Assembly: GCA_964187785.1 (NCBI GenBank)
Contig: OZ076409.1
Span: 99,760,001 to 99,824,000, forward strand
Reading direction: 5' to 3'
DNA length: 64,000 bases
DNA from: Amphiscolops sp. MND2022
Taxonomy: Eukaryota
Below are positions 41,701 to 53,600 of this stretch, piece by piece. The position numbers were made by a program, and so were the translations under genes. Numbering within the stretch: the first letter of the stretch is position 1; each line of letters starts with the position of its first letter. The notes below the pieces were generated by a model. That model saw nothing but the letters and a program-made list of their open reading frames with translations. It was not told the DNA's origin and did no database searches.

Positions 41701-41721
41701 CTATGACCTCGACATTCCACA
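35776..41721 (-). mobile_element. Gypsy LTR retrotransposon, Mag-like
   Basis: 205-bp LTRs at 35776-35980 and 41517-41721 (1 mismatch seen), TSD CTGAT, PBS TGGCGCAGTAGCAAGA (minus, 41501-41516), PPT ggaggagggggaa (minus, 35981-35993). Confidence 0.97.
36286..41439 (-). pseudogene. Mag-like gag-pol, disrupted by several frameshifts/stops
   Basis: Knuckles CGFCG..HNCPA and CNNCQRTGHFARVC, protease IIDTGS, RT fragments, RNase H TTDAC/ELELLAVVWG, integrase HFGHPG..C..C, IDFTG, LDNG, VERTIQ. Confidence 0.93.
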
Positions 41722-42151
41722 CTGATAAGATCTTACTAAGATAATACATTATTCCAAGATCGTATCTTGTCACGATGGACAGAATTATAAGGTTGTAAAA
41801 AACACTATTCCTTCGGTACAAGCAGCTGAGACTCAATCTAAAGGCTCGTTTCACCCAACAACAAACATTTCTACTCGTTTTTATAATCAAAAAGCTTAAA
41901 CCTGCTGAAAAACGTTTGCATGCAAAAATGCGTGAAAAATTACGATAACGTATTCTGGCTTCCGAAATTTGACGAGAATCCTAATAACTCCTCACCTGTT
42001 TAAGACTGAGAAATGCAAATGTACCAAATGAACGCCCATTTCAAGGGCTTTTGAAAACTTGTAACTTATCACTCCTGTCGATTCAAGAGACGGAGAAAAA
42101 TGGTCTCAAACCTCCAAAGCCACTATCGGAACGTTACACAGGGAACACTAG

Positions 42152-43997
42152 TGTCGCAGGCTGCCGCCTGTGACGGCACGACAGTAACTACTTCGGCAGT
42201 TGGTCAAGAATATGTACCCGGAACCTTACCTATTTATTAAGAACTTACAATTGATATCAAACTTTCACGCCATTTTGTTATTTTGTGCATTATGATCATT
42301 GATGATGCTCATTTTATATACAATTAGTCTGTTAAATCTAACAATTGGAAATTTCAATCGAGTTGGTGGAGTTGTAAGGCGCTAATTTAAAGCGATAAAA
42401 AATACAATGAAACGAGCAACTGTAAGGCAGTAAAGGAAACGTGTTCAAGTGACGAACAGCACTATACCGATTGCGTCACTTGAGCACGTTGCCTCAGCCA
42501 ATCACATCGCAGTATATAATCTTGCCTATTGATGATACCTAACTAATGGCCGAGTAAGGCCAGTTGCCGTGCTTTAATATTTCTCTTTTAATATACTGGT
42601 CAAATGGACGGTTCCGTCCCCTTAGTTCAAGACTGAAATAAGGTGATAATTAACATGAAACAAGTCAAGTTTGTTGAATTTGTGTTTTCATAATAGCCAG
42701 ATCTCTGTTCATAACTGATGCTTCGTCTTAATACTCAACCTTTTGCTAGGCCCTTAAGGCCATATTTCATTAGTACTTGCCTATTAATTAGCCGGATATT
42801 TCCGGCCATTGAAGTTGTTACGTTCCTTTGAAAAGTGATGCAGTACATATATTTGGGGCTAATCGGTTAATCAACGCATATAATTATTAACATGACAATT
42901 GGCCGTATTAGGCCTAATAACATGATGTGCTTCACACTGTTGCAAAGCTAATTTTAGGTCACGTGGTGGCACGTGCCTGAAAGGAATGTGTGCAATGTTA
43001 TTTATATTCATGATGAGTGCTAGTTCCTTTGATAGACGGAAATTTCATTTGATGCACTAGTAAATATTTTGATGCCGCCTTTGATGAATGAATAGTTGTG
43101 ATTGTAAAATGCTAGGAATTTTCCCAATCGGGACATCACCCTAAAATAGTTGCTTTGAAGTATTAATACCCGATGCCGTAATAATATTTGTCACATGACC
43201 CGTTGAGGACATAACCACATGATATTATCTTGATCAAAGAATCCGTGGAATGTAAGTGTCATCTTTCAGGAGTATATATAGTTACTTTCCTGCAAAGGGG
43301 GACACAATTTCCATAACCTTGCTTTGATAAAGATCGAATTATTACAACGACGTTTGTCAGTTTTCCGGTTTTAATAGTTGAATTATTCAACCCGGTTCAA
43401 TTTCAATGCCTACTACAAGGAAACAAAAGAAAGCGAGAAAATCAAGAGAGGCAGAAATGTTGTCAGATATTGAGAATTTAGACATAATGCTTGGAGGAAA
43501 TCATTACAATAGAAATGAAAGAAGTGAGAGTCTAAATAGTAACCAGGCCAGAAGACCAGGTAGTCCTTTTGGCGACGAATTTGAAAATGAGGATGAAAAT
43601 AGGTTATCTAACTCTGAGAACAATGGACCTAGTCCAAATGCCGAACTAGGCCAGAACTCAGCTAGAGGTAGTTCTAACGCCGAGATCAACAGATTGTCGA
43701 GTGAGTTGAATTCCCGTATATCTCGGGAGATGGATGAGATGATGAACAGCGTCAGTGTGCAGATTCAGAGAGCTATAAGTGAGGCAATTAGTAATCAAGT
43801 TCTTCCCCAGATTCAAAATGCCCTTATGGCCGATTCCGGACATATGACCAAAGAGAGATGGAACATACCGTCCGAGAGACTGGAAGGATATTCCGAAGTT
43901 CTACGTAATGCGGACTCTAGAAACAATTTGAAGAGTAAGACACTTGGTAATCGTGAGAAGGACGGATTCATATTCTCAGATACTCGTGCTTACGACA
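42152..43997 (+). repeat. 5' LTR (1846 bp), includes the first 197 codons of gag
   Basis: Direct repeat of 56416-58261. Confidence 0.95.
42497..42520 (+). promoter_or_regulatory. CCAAT box plus TATA-like sequence in the LTR (copy at ~56760-56785)
   Basis: agccaatcacatcgcagtatataat; motif only, no transcript evidence. Confidence 0.35.
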
Positions 43998-45126
43998 TGG
44001 TGACAGGAGAAAACGAATCTCCAATTGAAGTTCCTGAGTTTCTCACAGGACGAATGCCATCCACTAGTCATCTCAACAGATCCTGTGATGACCTTCCGCT
44101 GCTCGACACGACGATCCCAGCACAAGAACGACCCGCTCTGGCATCAGAACAAGACCCCATCAACAGGCTAGCAGATGTTTTGACTAGTATGCAGAACCGT
44201 CCAACGGCCCAACAACTCACTATCCGCCCAGTCAACTCCAACACAATGACATTCGACGGAAAAAGTGAGAAGTTCGAGCTGTTTGAGGATTTATTCCATA
44301 CGATGATCAAGATGCAGCCTGAGATGACCGAACAAATGAAAATCAATCACTTCTATTCCTTGCTGCGAAAGAATGCACTCCAAACATTCAGAAACATCAG
44401 CAACGCCAATAGACAAACTCTTGAGGATGTACTTGTTATTTTCAGACGAAAGTACGTCAAACCTGAATCTCAGGCAACTGCAAAACACAAATGGCATCGC
44501 CTAGTCTTTGACCCTAACACGACCAAATTGCCAGACTTCCTTGAAGAGCTTAACCAAGGAGCAGAAAAAGCCTTTGGAGACAATGCCCAAAAAATGATCG
44601 ACAGTCTCCTATACGCAAAACTGCCACCAAAGCTCAAAAGATCAGTCAACATGGCTAGACTAGAGAATGGCTCTTACGATGAAATCGTCGCTCATCTAGA
44701 AAGAGAACTGGAACTGAATGCACTCGAGGAGTCTGACGACCTACCTATAGCGTCAATGACATCTTCGGTTGGCAACACAAAAACTGTTCTTTCCAATGTA
44801 CAGATGAGTGACATAACGTGCAATTATTGCAAGGAAAAGGGCCATATGGTCAAGGATTGCGAGAAACTGAAGAAGAAAAAGAAAAAGATGCCCAACAAGG
44901 CAAACAGACTCAGAAAAAGACGTACCCTGAGTGTGGCACTTGTGGTAAAAAGAACCACCCCGAAGAAAGATGTTGGCAAGGCGCTGGTGCACATCTCAAA
45001 CCCAAACGCACCAGACCAGATGACGCCAATGATGGTAAGCCCAATTCAAAGGCGCAGAAACCACAAAACAAATCAACATCACCAAGCTCCCAATCCTCAT
45101 CCTCTAATGATGAGTCAAAAAACTAA
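43406..45126 (+). CDS. gag: Gag, with one apparent 1-nt lesion in the A-rich run near 44875-44886
   Basis: FDGKSEKFELFEDLF capsid-like region and knuckle CNYCKEKGHMVKDC. A second knuckle, CGTCGKKNHPEERC, continues in the frame of ORF 44818-45126. Confidence 0.85.
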
Positions 45127-48100
45127 CTTCGCCACGACTCCAATATAACCAATTAGTCTCTGTCCGACAATACATCAAATACATCAAATCGGACCCTCCA
45201 ACTCAAAGCTTTCATAACTATCAGCAGCAACTGATGGGCTACCTTTCTGTTGTCTGGCAGCAACAGATGGAAAAAGCTACCATTATTACCTATAATAATA
45301 CCCATTTGTTCCAAAAACCAATTCCTGTATGGGACCCTGATTACACATCTGCTTTCAATAGCCGATTCAGGCCCATTCCCTTGGTAGATGACTACAATCC
45401 TACCTACATAGATCCTGACTATGGACGAGATCCCTATTGGGACACCGAACTTTATAACCAGGATTTGTTGCAATTCCAATACGTTATTGATGATATAGAA
45501 CTCTATAACAGATCAGTCCATGACAATCCACCAATCACCCATAACAAGAAAACCAGAGCATTGATTGAAACATGGCAGATGAATGATGGTACAAGCCATC
45601 CGGTATTCCCAAACCCCTTGGGGACCGAGACCTCAGACAAACAAGAAGAAACAATACCACACTCACTACTTGATGAAAGTCAGTTCCAGAACATCCTCAT
45701 CACCAGAGAAGGAGAACCAGACTGTATTCCTCTGTCCACCAACATAAACTTGAAATGCAAAAAACGCATGCTGTATTTCCCTATGGACTTTGGGGAACTG
45801 ACCATAGATGGACTTATTGACACGGGTGCCTTATCCAGTGCAATCCCTGAAATGGACCTCCGGAAAATCAGGCTCCTATCGCCGCAATCAGTCATCCGGG
45901 AAGGTCCACCTCCGAATTTCCAGATAATGGTCGCAAATGGGCAACTAGAGACTCCAAAGAGTACTATAGAGCTCAAATTTGAAGTTGGTGACATAGAATT
46001 CCATGAAATTTTCATAGTAATGGAACACTTGACAGGACCAATTATAGGACTGATGTTCCTACAGAGAAACCATACAGTTTTGGACATGAGGCAAGGAATA
46101 CTGAACTTTCCATTCTTTTCGATGCAGCTCAAAACAGCTGATCACAAATACTCGAATGTACTTGAACCAATTTTGAACCCTACCGAAATAACCATTCCGC
46201 CAAACGACAGAGTCCTAATTAGGACCAATTCCCTATTGTACCCTGAAAACACGGTCACAGGGATTTTACAACCGAGCGACCTTCTTCATGAAGAAGGAGA
46301 CATCACATTCTGCCCAGCCCTGGTTACTTTGAACGATGGCAATATACAGATACCGGTGAATAATTTCACAGACCACCCTTACAAGCTCAAAAAGGGACTC
46401 CATATTGCCAGCTTCTCAGTCATGACGCCAGAGCAGATGAAATACGTCAAACCAGTAGACCCAGCTTCAACCTGGCATTTGTTACAAAATGACCAAGAAC
46501 AGGCAGCCCATTACGTCAGTAGTCTCATCAAGACTAACAAGAATCCACAAAATACCGAAAACTACTGGTTCCCAACCCCAGAGAACCCAGGGAACCCAGA
46601 AGAACATACACCAATCCAAAAAAGGATACTCCGTGAATTACAAGCCCTGCAGGACCTAGAATCACTCGATCCCACAAAGGATGAGGAATCTAAGGCAAAA
46701 TTCCTAGAAAACTTTGACTGGAAAGACTCCACATTGACACCTGATGAAAAAGAGAAAATTGAACAATTACTAGTGGAGTTCCATGATATCTTTGCAAGAC
46801 ATAGATTCGACATAGGCATGAATGAGGAATTCAAAGTGAAGTTGACACCCAAGGACGATTCCCCAGCCTACAGCCAAAGCCTCCCTGCGCCGATTAACCT
46901 GAAGGAGGACATTTTAGTCGAATTAGCCATGCTCCACAAATATGGCATCATAACTACCCTACCGTTCTCGAAATACGCCAGTCCAATATTTGCACAAAAG
47001 AAACCGAATGGGAAACTGAGACTTCTGGTTGACTTGAGAAAAATCAACAACCTAATCTCCGATGATTATATTAACAATAATCATCCAGTCAGTACCCTAG
47101 TCGATGCCGCCCAACACATGGCAGGCAAGAAACTCTTTTGCAAGTTAGACTGTTCACAGGCGTATCATTGCCTTCCCATGGCTGACCAACGTTCAATCGA
47201 AATGCTGGCCTTTAACTTTGCAAGCCGCACATTCGCCTATAGACGACTGGCACAAGGCCTTAGTAGGGCACTGTCCGCATTCTCCAGCTTTATGAGAGAG
47301 TACCTAGACAAAGTCATAAAAGCGGACCAATGTGCACAGTATGTAGACGATATTGGCATCGCAGCCAACGACGCCGATCACCTTATTGCTAACCTGAGAG
47401 CAACTTTCAAATGCATCCAGGAGGCAGGCCTTAAATTGACAATGCACAAGTGCCATTTTGGTGCCACAGAAATCGATTTCCTTGGCAGGACAATAACCGC
47501 ACAAGGCGTCAAGCCCCAACGGCAGAATGTTCAGAATTTCCTAGAAAAGACCAAATTTCCGAAGTCGAAAAAGGCTCTACAAAGATATTTGGGTTTCTTG
47601 AACTACTACCGGAATTATGTCCCAAGACTGTCTGAACGCCTTGCTCCGTTCTACAAGATGCTCAAGAGTGACGAAAAAGTCCTAGTGTCCAAGGAACTAG
47701 TTCAACAATTTGAGGAAATCAACCGAGCTCTGGACAAATGCTGCGACTTGGCCCTACAACAACCCATCCCGAACAAACAAATTGCCCTAATGACAGATGC
47801 AAGTTTTGGTGCTGCAGGATATGCAGTACTCATCGAAGATGACCCGAGTCAGAAATTCACGTCAATCCGCAAATCATATGCACCGGTCGCTTATGGTTCA
47901 AAAACCTTCACCCCAGCCCAGATAAAGATGTCGATTTATGCAAAAGAATTTCTCGCGATCTACTTCGCATTTAAAGAATTTGGACATATCTTCTGGCGAG
48001 CGCCGAAACCGGTCATAATCCTAACTGACAACAAAGCCGTAACAAGATTTTTCCAAACGAAAATCGTACCCCCAGCCCTGTGGAATGCGTGTGACTATGT

Positions 48101-50267
48101 AATTCAGTTCAATTTTGTCATCGCGCACATCCCAGGAGCACAAAATACGGCAGCAGATTATTTATCTCGATTGGAAGCCGAACCGAAGGACAAATTAGTC
48201 ATGAAAATCCGCGAAGATGTACAAACACTGCCAATAGAAATAAACGTCCAATCAGCCGGAGTCTCACAGGAAGAGCAAATCTTCTACACAAACGACGATG
48301 ATGAGACTGAAGAACAATATTGGGCGAGAAAAGAAGCAATCAGGAAAAATCCTGTAAATGAAGAACCTACTGTTACAATACAAACTCTCTATACTAACTT
48401 AGTCAAACAACAACCTGAAATACAAGTCCGACTGAGGAAAACCAACCAGATAATTATTGAGCAATCCAAAGATACAGTATTGCAACAACTGAAGGCGAAG
48501 CTCCTTCATGAAGAGTACTCAGAAAACATACTGCAACAGGATGCTCGATACAGACATTATGCTAATAATCTGGAAAGAATTGCCATCAAGGAAGACATCC
48601 TAACAAGGCAATATTTTGACGAAACCGGGAATATAAAATATCATCAAATTCTTCTCCCGCAACACTTGCTGCCAGAATTGCTTCAGTCCCTACACGGGAC
48701 AGCCCACAAGCACCCAGGCATCTCAAAGATGCTGCAGGAGATCAGACAGAGATATTATTACCCTAACATGGCGAAACATGTCAAAAAGTGGGTAGAAGGG
48801 TGTGAACAATGTGCGAAGGACAAACGAATCCCAAACGCAACAATCACGCCTGAACTACTCAATTTGCCCGAATGGGACCTTGGACCTGAAGACGCCATGC
48901 AAATCGACTTATTGCCGAATCTTCCCCCAAGTGGAGGATACGAAAATGTTTTAACTGCAATTGATGTCTTCTCTCGATACTTGTTTGCGTATCCTCTTAC
49001 AGACGCATCAGCGATCAATGTAGCTAAAGCAATCATTGATATTATGACGAAACATTCTTACCTACCGACGACGCTCATTACGGACAAAGGAACTGCCTTT
49101 ACTTCCACGATCATTGCGGAAATTACACAGATTTTAGGCATTACCCTAAAATGTGCAACGACGAAACACCCGCAAACCATCGGGAAATTAGAGCGAACGC
49201 ATGCCTCATTAAAAACGAACCTGAAAATGGCATGTGGGGAATATCGCCGACAATGGCATAAATATTTGCCTTTAGCAGTTCTCAATCATAACACAAGTTA
49301 TCATGCCAGTATCGGATGCGAACCCACAAGAGTGTTCCATGGGAGAATCCCATACAACATCTTGGACCACAAACTTGGAATGAATCCAAATGAGCAAATC
49401 CATCCGACTACTGAATTCGCAGAAGAAATCCAGAACCGGACCAAACTCCTTATTGACATAACTAAACAGAACATCATGCAGTCATATATCAAATATAAGG
49501 AGTATTACGACCGAAAAGCAAACGCCGCCCCACTCAAAGAGGGCGATTACTGTTTTGTATTACAGCCGAAAGCGGATCATCAAGGATCAAAAATTCCATT
49601 CAGGGATTATCGTTGGGTTGGACCATTTATAGTCCAAAAGACCTTACCTAATGAGAATTACATTGTCCGAAGGCTTAATACAAATAAAACGCAGATATTG
49701 CATCGAATTCGTCTCAAAAAGTTTGTGCCAAATCAACCACTTGAGGACAATTTCCGAGAACAGCGTCTACAGCCGGATGACGAAATAATCATTCCGCAAG
49801 ACGACTTGTATGTAATAACGTGGGAAACAAACTTTGGCGAACAACTAGACACACGAGGCAGCGAGCCTATTCCGACCAGCTTGACGAATGACGAACAGCC
49901 GACTACGGCAGAACCGAATGCAAGTGACGCAAGCGAGAATGAAGTTGATTATGTAATCACGAGTGACGAATCAAATTTCACTGACCGCGCGTCGCATAGC
50001 CGGAATGAACGATTATTTGATGACCTCACTAAAAGAAATAAAGCTACTGAAGCTATTAGAAATGACGAATTTGATTGGCCAAATCCGGCCGTTTCCCCAA
50101 AAACCCAAGAAAAATCTGTGCCGAATACGGCTGAAGGACTAAAAGACGATGCAAATTTTCCAGAAAGAAATTTGATGAATGAAAAAGATCAGAAAATTCT
50201 CCAAATAGGGGGGATGATATTATCGTGCCCGAAATATCGCAAAATGAAGAAGGAAATGAAAATCTGA
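45123..50267 (+). CDS. pol: Pol (protease, RT, RNase H, integrase), probably expressed by -1 frameshift
   Basis: Open from 45123. LIDTGA, YVDD at 47340, MTDAS, H..HPG..C..C, QIDL, TDKG, LERTH. The original C-terminus probably ran to 50338 (..GKYNLRPNP..) via a frameshift near 50190. Confidence 0.95.
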   Translation, partial: LTSPRLQYNQLVSVRQYIKYIKSDPPTQSFHNYQQQLMGYLSVVWQQQMEKATIITYNNTHLFQKPIPVWDPDYTSAFNSRFRPIPLVDDYNPTYIDPDYGRDPYWDTELYNQDLLQFQYVIDDIELYNRSVHDNPPITHNKKTRALIETWQMNDGTSHPVFPNPLGTETSDKQEETIPHSLLDESQFQNILITREGEPDCIPLSTNINLKCKKRMLYFPMDFGELTIDGLIDTGALSSAIPEMDLRKIRLLSPQSVIREGPPPNFQIMVANGQLETPKSTIELKFEVGDIEFHEIFIVMEHLTGPIIGLMFLQRNHTVLDMRQGILNFPFFSMQLKTADHKYSNVLEPILNPTEITIPPNDRVLIRTNSLLYPENTVTGILQPSDLLHEEGDITFCPALVTLNDGNIQIPVNNFTDHPYKLKKGLHIASFSVMTPEQMKYVKPVDPASTWHLLQNDQEQAAHYVSSLIKTNKNPQNTENYWFPTPENPGNPEEHTPIQKRILRELQALQDLESLDPTKDEESKAKFLENFDWKDSTLTPDEKEKIEQLLVEFHDIFARHRFDIGMNEEFKVKLTPKDDSPAYSQSLPAPINLKEDILVELAMLHKYGIITTLPFSKYASPIFAQKKPNGKLRLLVDLRKINNLISDDYINNNHPVSTLVDAAQHMAGKKLFCKLDCSQAYHCLPMADQRSIEMLAFNFASRTFAYRRLAQGLSRALSAFSSFMREYLDKVIKADQCAQYVDDIGIAANDADHLIANLRATFKCIQEAGLKLTMHKCHFGATEIDFLGRTITAQGVKPQRQNVQNFLEKTKFPKSKKALQRYLGFLNYYRNYVPRLSERLAPFYKMLKSDEKVLVSKELVQQFEEINRALDKCCDLALQQPIPNKQIALMTDASFGAAGYAVLIEDDPSQKFTSIRKSYAPVAYGSKTFTPAQIKMSIYAKEFLAIYFAFKEFGHIFWRAPKPVIILTDNKAVTRFFQTKIVPPALWNACDYVIQFNFVIAHIPGAQNTAADYLSRLEAEPKDKLVMKIREDVQTLPIEINVQSAGVSQEEQIFYTNDDDETEEQYWARKEAIRKNPVNEEPTVTIQTLYTNLVKQQPEIQVRLRKTNQIIIEQSKDTVLQQLKAKLLHEEYSENILQQDARYRHYANNLERIAIKEDILTRQYFDETGNIKYHQILLPQHLLPELLQSLHGTAHKHPGISKMLQEIRQRYYYPNMAKHVKKWVEGCEQCAKDKRIPNATITPELLNLPEWDLGPEDAMQIDLLPNLPPSGGYENVLTAIDVFSRYLFAYPLTDASAINVAKAIIDIMTKHSYLPTTLITDKGTAFTSTIIAEITQILGITLKCATTKHPQTIGKLERTHASLKTNLKMACGEYRRQWHKYLPLAVLNHNTSYHASIGCEPTRVFHGRIPYNILDHKLGMNPNEQIHPTTEFAEEIQNRTKLLIDITKQNIMQSYIKYKEYYDRKANAAPLKEGDYCFVLQPKADHQGSKIPFRDYRWVGPFIVQKTLPNENYIVRRLNTNKTQILHRIRLKKFVPNQPLEDNFREQRLQPDDEIIIPQDDLYVITWETNFGEQLDTRGSEPIPTSLTNDEQPTTAEPNASDASENEVDYVITSDESNFTDRASHSRNERLFDDLTKRNKATEAIRNDEFDWPNPAVSPKTQEKSVPNTAEGLKDDANFPERNLMNEKDQKILQIGGMILSCPKYRKMKKEMKI

Positions 50268-50614
50268 GTCCTAGAGCTGGGAAATATAATCTCAGGCCTA
50301 ATCCTACCCCTAACTACTCAGAAGACTTTAGATACTAAAGGAAAGATTAAATTGTGCCCGAGAACGGACGCCGAACTATCTTTTCTCTTCCTTTTTATCA
50401 TTACTTCTTTTCTTTTCAGTCCCAGAAAGTGGTATTTTTTTGAATAAATATCGGGACGTTTGACAATGATCCCTTCAAGGGAATAATATGGGATCAAGAA
50501 ATTGGCAACAAATGGAATACAAATAAATACAACAACAAGAAATAAAAAATATAACAGAAACGGAAAGAAATCAACAAAGTTTACAACTGGTTGTACATAA
50601 TTACATATGTACAT

Positions 50615-53600
50615 TTAGTTTTTAGAAGAACTGGGGACACACTCATCCACGACAGAAGAGGTCCTAGATCGGGAAGCGCTCCGACTCATCCTCCTGCGCT
50701 TGCTAGCGCTGGGGGCTTTCCGAGCACATTCATCGGCGACACTATCGTCGCCCCTGGTTCCTGCCTCAGTGGAAACTGCCTTAGGCACAGAGAGAATGGA
50801 CAGATTAGCTTCATTACAACAGAAAGCGGCTGATCCAGGAACTGAGCTTACATAACTCTGGACAGGCAGAATAACATCGGTAAATCTGCCTCGGTGACCC
50901 GCCGTACTCACACTCCCGGCAGTTACTACTGGATAAGTAGGAGTAACAGAGGTTGCACACAGACAGCAAAGCTTAAACAAATAAAGAAGCCGCTCCCGTG
51001 ACTGAAGGAAGTCCAAGGTCATCATGAAATCAATCAAGTCTCGAGAGACACTGGTGACGTCAAAGGTAGGGGGGTAATTCCCTCGAAGATGATCGAGAAG
51101 AGCCAAATAATCATCCCGACAAGCTGACTCATCGGCCTCGAGGACCCAAGAGCGGAGGAGGAAAGTGCTGTATAACAACTCAAAGTGCTTAAGAGCAATG
51201 TCGATTGGCCTCTTGAGCATGACAGTTGGGTCAAAAGCAGCCAGACCTTTGATGATGTTGGAGCTAAGACCGGGTTCATGGAGGACCTCTCCCAATAGGT
51301 ACTTCAGGTAGTTTTGCCCGTCTTGGACAAACTTGGACTTGATTGCCTCCGCTGTCTTCTGAATTACTGAACGCTCAGTCTTTTGACCAGAATGGACCCC
51401 TTCTGACCTCTGCTTACTGGCTGTTGCGACCTTGTTGGTGATCTTGAGACGAGCCAGAAACTCCGCCTCGGGGATGAAAACTCCGTCTGAAGTACGGAAA
51501 TTGAGGAGCTGGAACCATGCACTTTCCAATGGGACTGTATCAGCGGTGTAGATCCGGAAACAGAGTTGATGTATGTAACGAGAGACCTCACCACACAGGA
51601 AGAAGGACCCATCTCGTCGCTGTTGCAGGTTGACCGCAAAACTGGAAGTATCTACAACAATGGCGGACCTTATATATGAATTAAGGACACGTCCTAGAAG
51701 AGGCTAAGTAGTGATACTAACAGTCACTGACGAGCTTGCAAAAGAATTCCAATTTGATGGTGAAGAACTCATCACAGATGAGGGTCCACTCAAAGCTCTG
51801 CGCCTGTAATGGGAAAATATCAGTTAGCCTGGATCATGAAGACATTTTGAAAGGTACCGAAATTTAACGTTGGGACCTAAAGGGAAGGGAAACCAATCTC
51901 TTAGTGGACTTACTCTCGTTCGAACCCCCTGTCCTTGTTGTCGGGGTGAGTGCTCCGTTAGGTAGCGCACAACGGATTTCCAGACGATGATAAGTTCCTG
52001 ACATAGGGCAGGAAGAGTGGGAAGATCCAATTTGCATGAAGCTATGGCCTAAATAACGTATTGTATTAGTGTCCGTAAGGGAAATAAGCAGGGTCTCCTA
52101 TCTGTCCAAGGTACAACATTCCTACCATAATCGGAAAGTCATTACCTGAGATAAGGTGGGGCTCTGCAATACCCAATCCTCAGAGAGAGATCCACCCAGG
52201 GTGATGACTAAGGCATGTAGGACCGAAAAGAAGTCGATATGCCCGAAGACACTATAACTGGGTTTGTGCATCAGTCTGGAGAGGGACAAGGTCTCAAACC
52301 GGAAGGACGCCTGCACTGCTCTTGAGAAGAGTGGGGAATGGTCGATTGTCCTGACAAAGTCAACGGGGCAGCCAGAACAAGCCACCACATCGCAATTGGT
52401 GCAGACTGCGGATCGGAGCCGTGAGAGAGACCCTAGTTCTCCTGACAATTCCGAAGAGGGTAGCTCGCTGCGACAGACGAGGACGCGACACAATTCAGTC
52501 CCCTTCCAGAATCGAAGAGACATGAAGCGATTGACATTGCTGTCTTCAAATTCTATGGCAAAGCACTGTTCTGCAGCCACGCACTCCGCTATTTCGCTCA
52601 TAGCACAATTGAACAGGTGTTGGAAGATTGTCTGGAAAACAGACGAATGTTTCAAAAATGCAGAATAGATTGAGTCAACCTACAAGTAGGGAAAATAAAA
52701 AACTTACCGTCATACGTTCTTCCCCCCAGTCGAAGTCACAGAGAGTAGCTTGGTAGTCTGTGAAGGAACTGAGGCGTGCCCATAGATTGCGTAGCATCGC
52801 AAAATCGCCTTGGTCCTTGAGGAAGTCAATGACGATGCCCAATTGGGTCCTGGACCTGGACTCTGGGGTGACTATGGCAGTGGTCCGTCCCTGGATAAAA
52901 TCGTCATAAAAGGGGAATCGTTCCCCAATGTCCACTAGCTCTGAATGGATGAAACGTGGGAGTTCTCTGGCTAACTCAATCTTATTCAGAAGCCTTCCGT
53001 TTCGTCCTCTTACACGATGCTGGACTTGCTTGGTGACGGGATCAACACTCTTTAGATACTCATATCGCCACCTCTGGTCCTTTCTTAGATGCCTCTCTGA
53101 ACGGTGGTGTCTTAGGATTTCCATGGTGCCTTTGCTGCGGATGGAAAAGTTTCTTTTGCAAATGTGACACCAAACCATCAGAGGATTGTGGATGGGGTCC
53201 GCGGGTCCAGAAATGAAGGACCTTGTCCAACCTATTTTTGCAAAGAATTCTTCGCGCATGGGGACTCCTCTGTGGGTGGTGCGCTTGATGCGTTTCTGCC
53301 TCTGCGTCTTGGTAGTTGTTCTGGATTTGCGTTCCAGAGCCTCATCGCGGACTTCCAGCAACGTGGCATCTTGGCTGCTGAAGCCTGATTGGCCAGGCTC
53401 TTCTTGTTGGGACTGGCTTCCGGACTGCTGTGATGGATTTGGTCCTAGATCCGTCGTGAGATTCTTCTTGAATGTCTCAGTGATCAGAGCCATCTCTCCG
53501 GAACTATCACTGTCTTCGAACCCAGCGGATGTATCAGTGCCTTCTGCTCCAGACGAGGAACCAGCTAAGGGACAGGCCCCAGTGAGGTTATCGGTTTCAT

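Noticed and set aside
45680..49492. Minus-strand ORFs overlapping pol
   Set aside because: Antisense shadows of a long coding frame; no splice-joined structure like that at 50615-54666 was seen.
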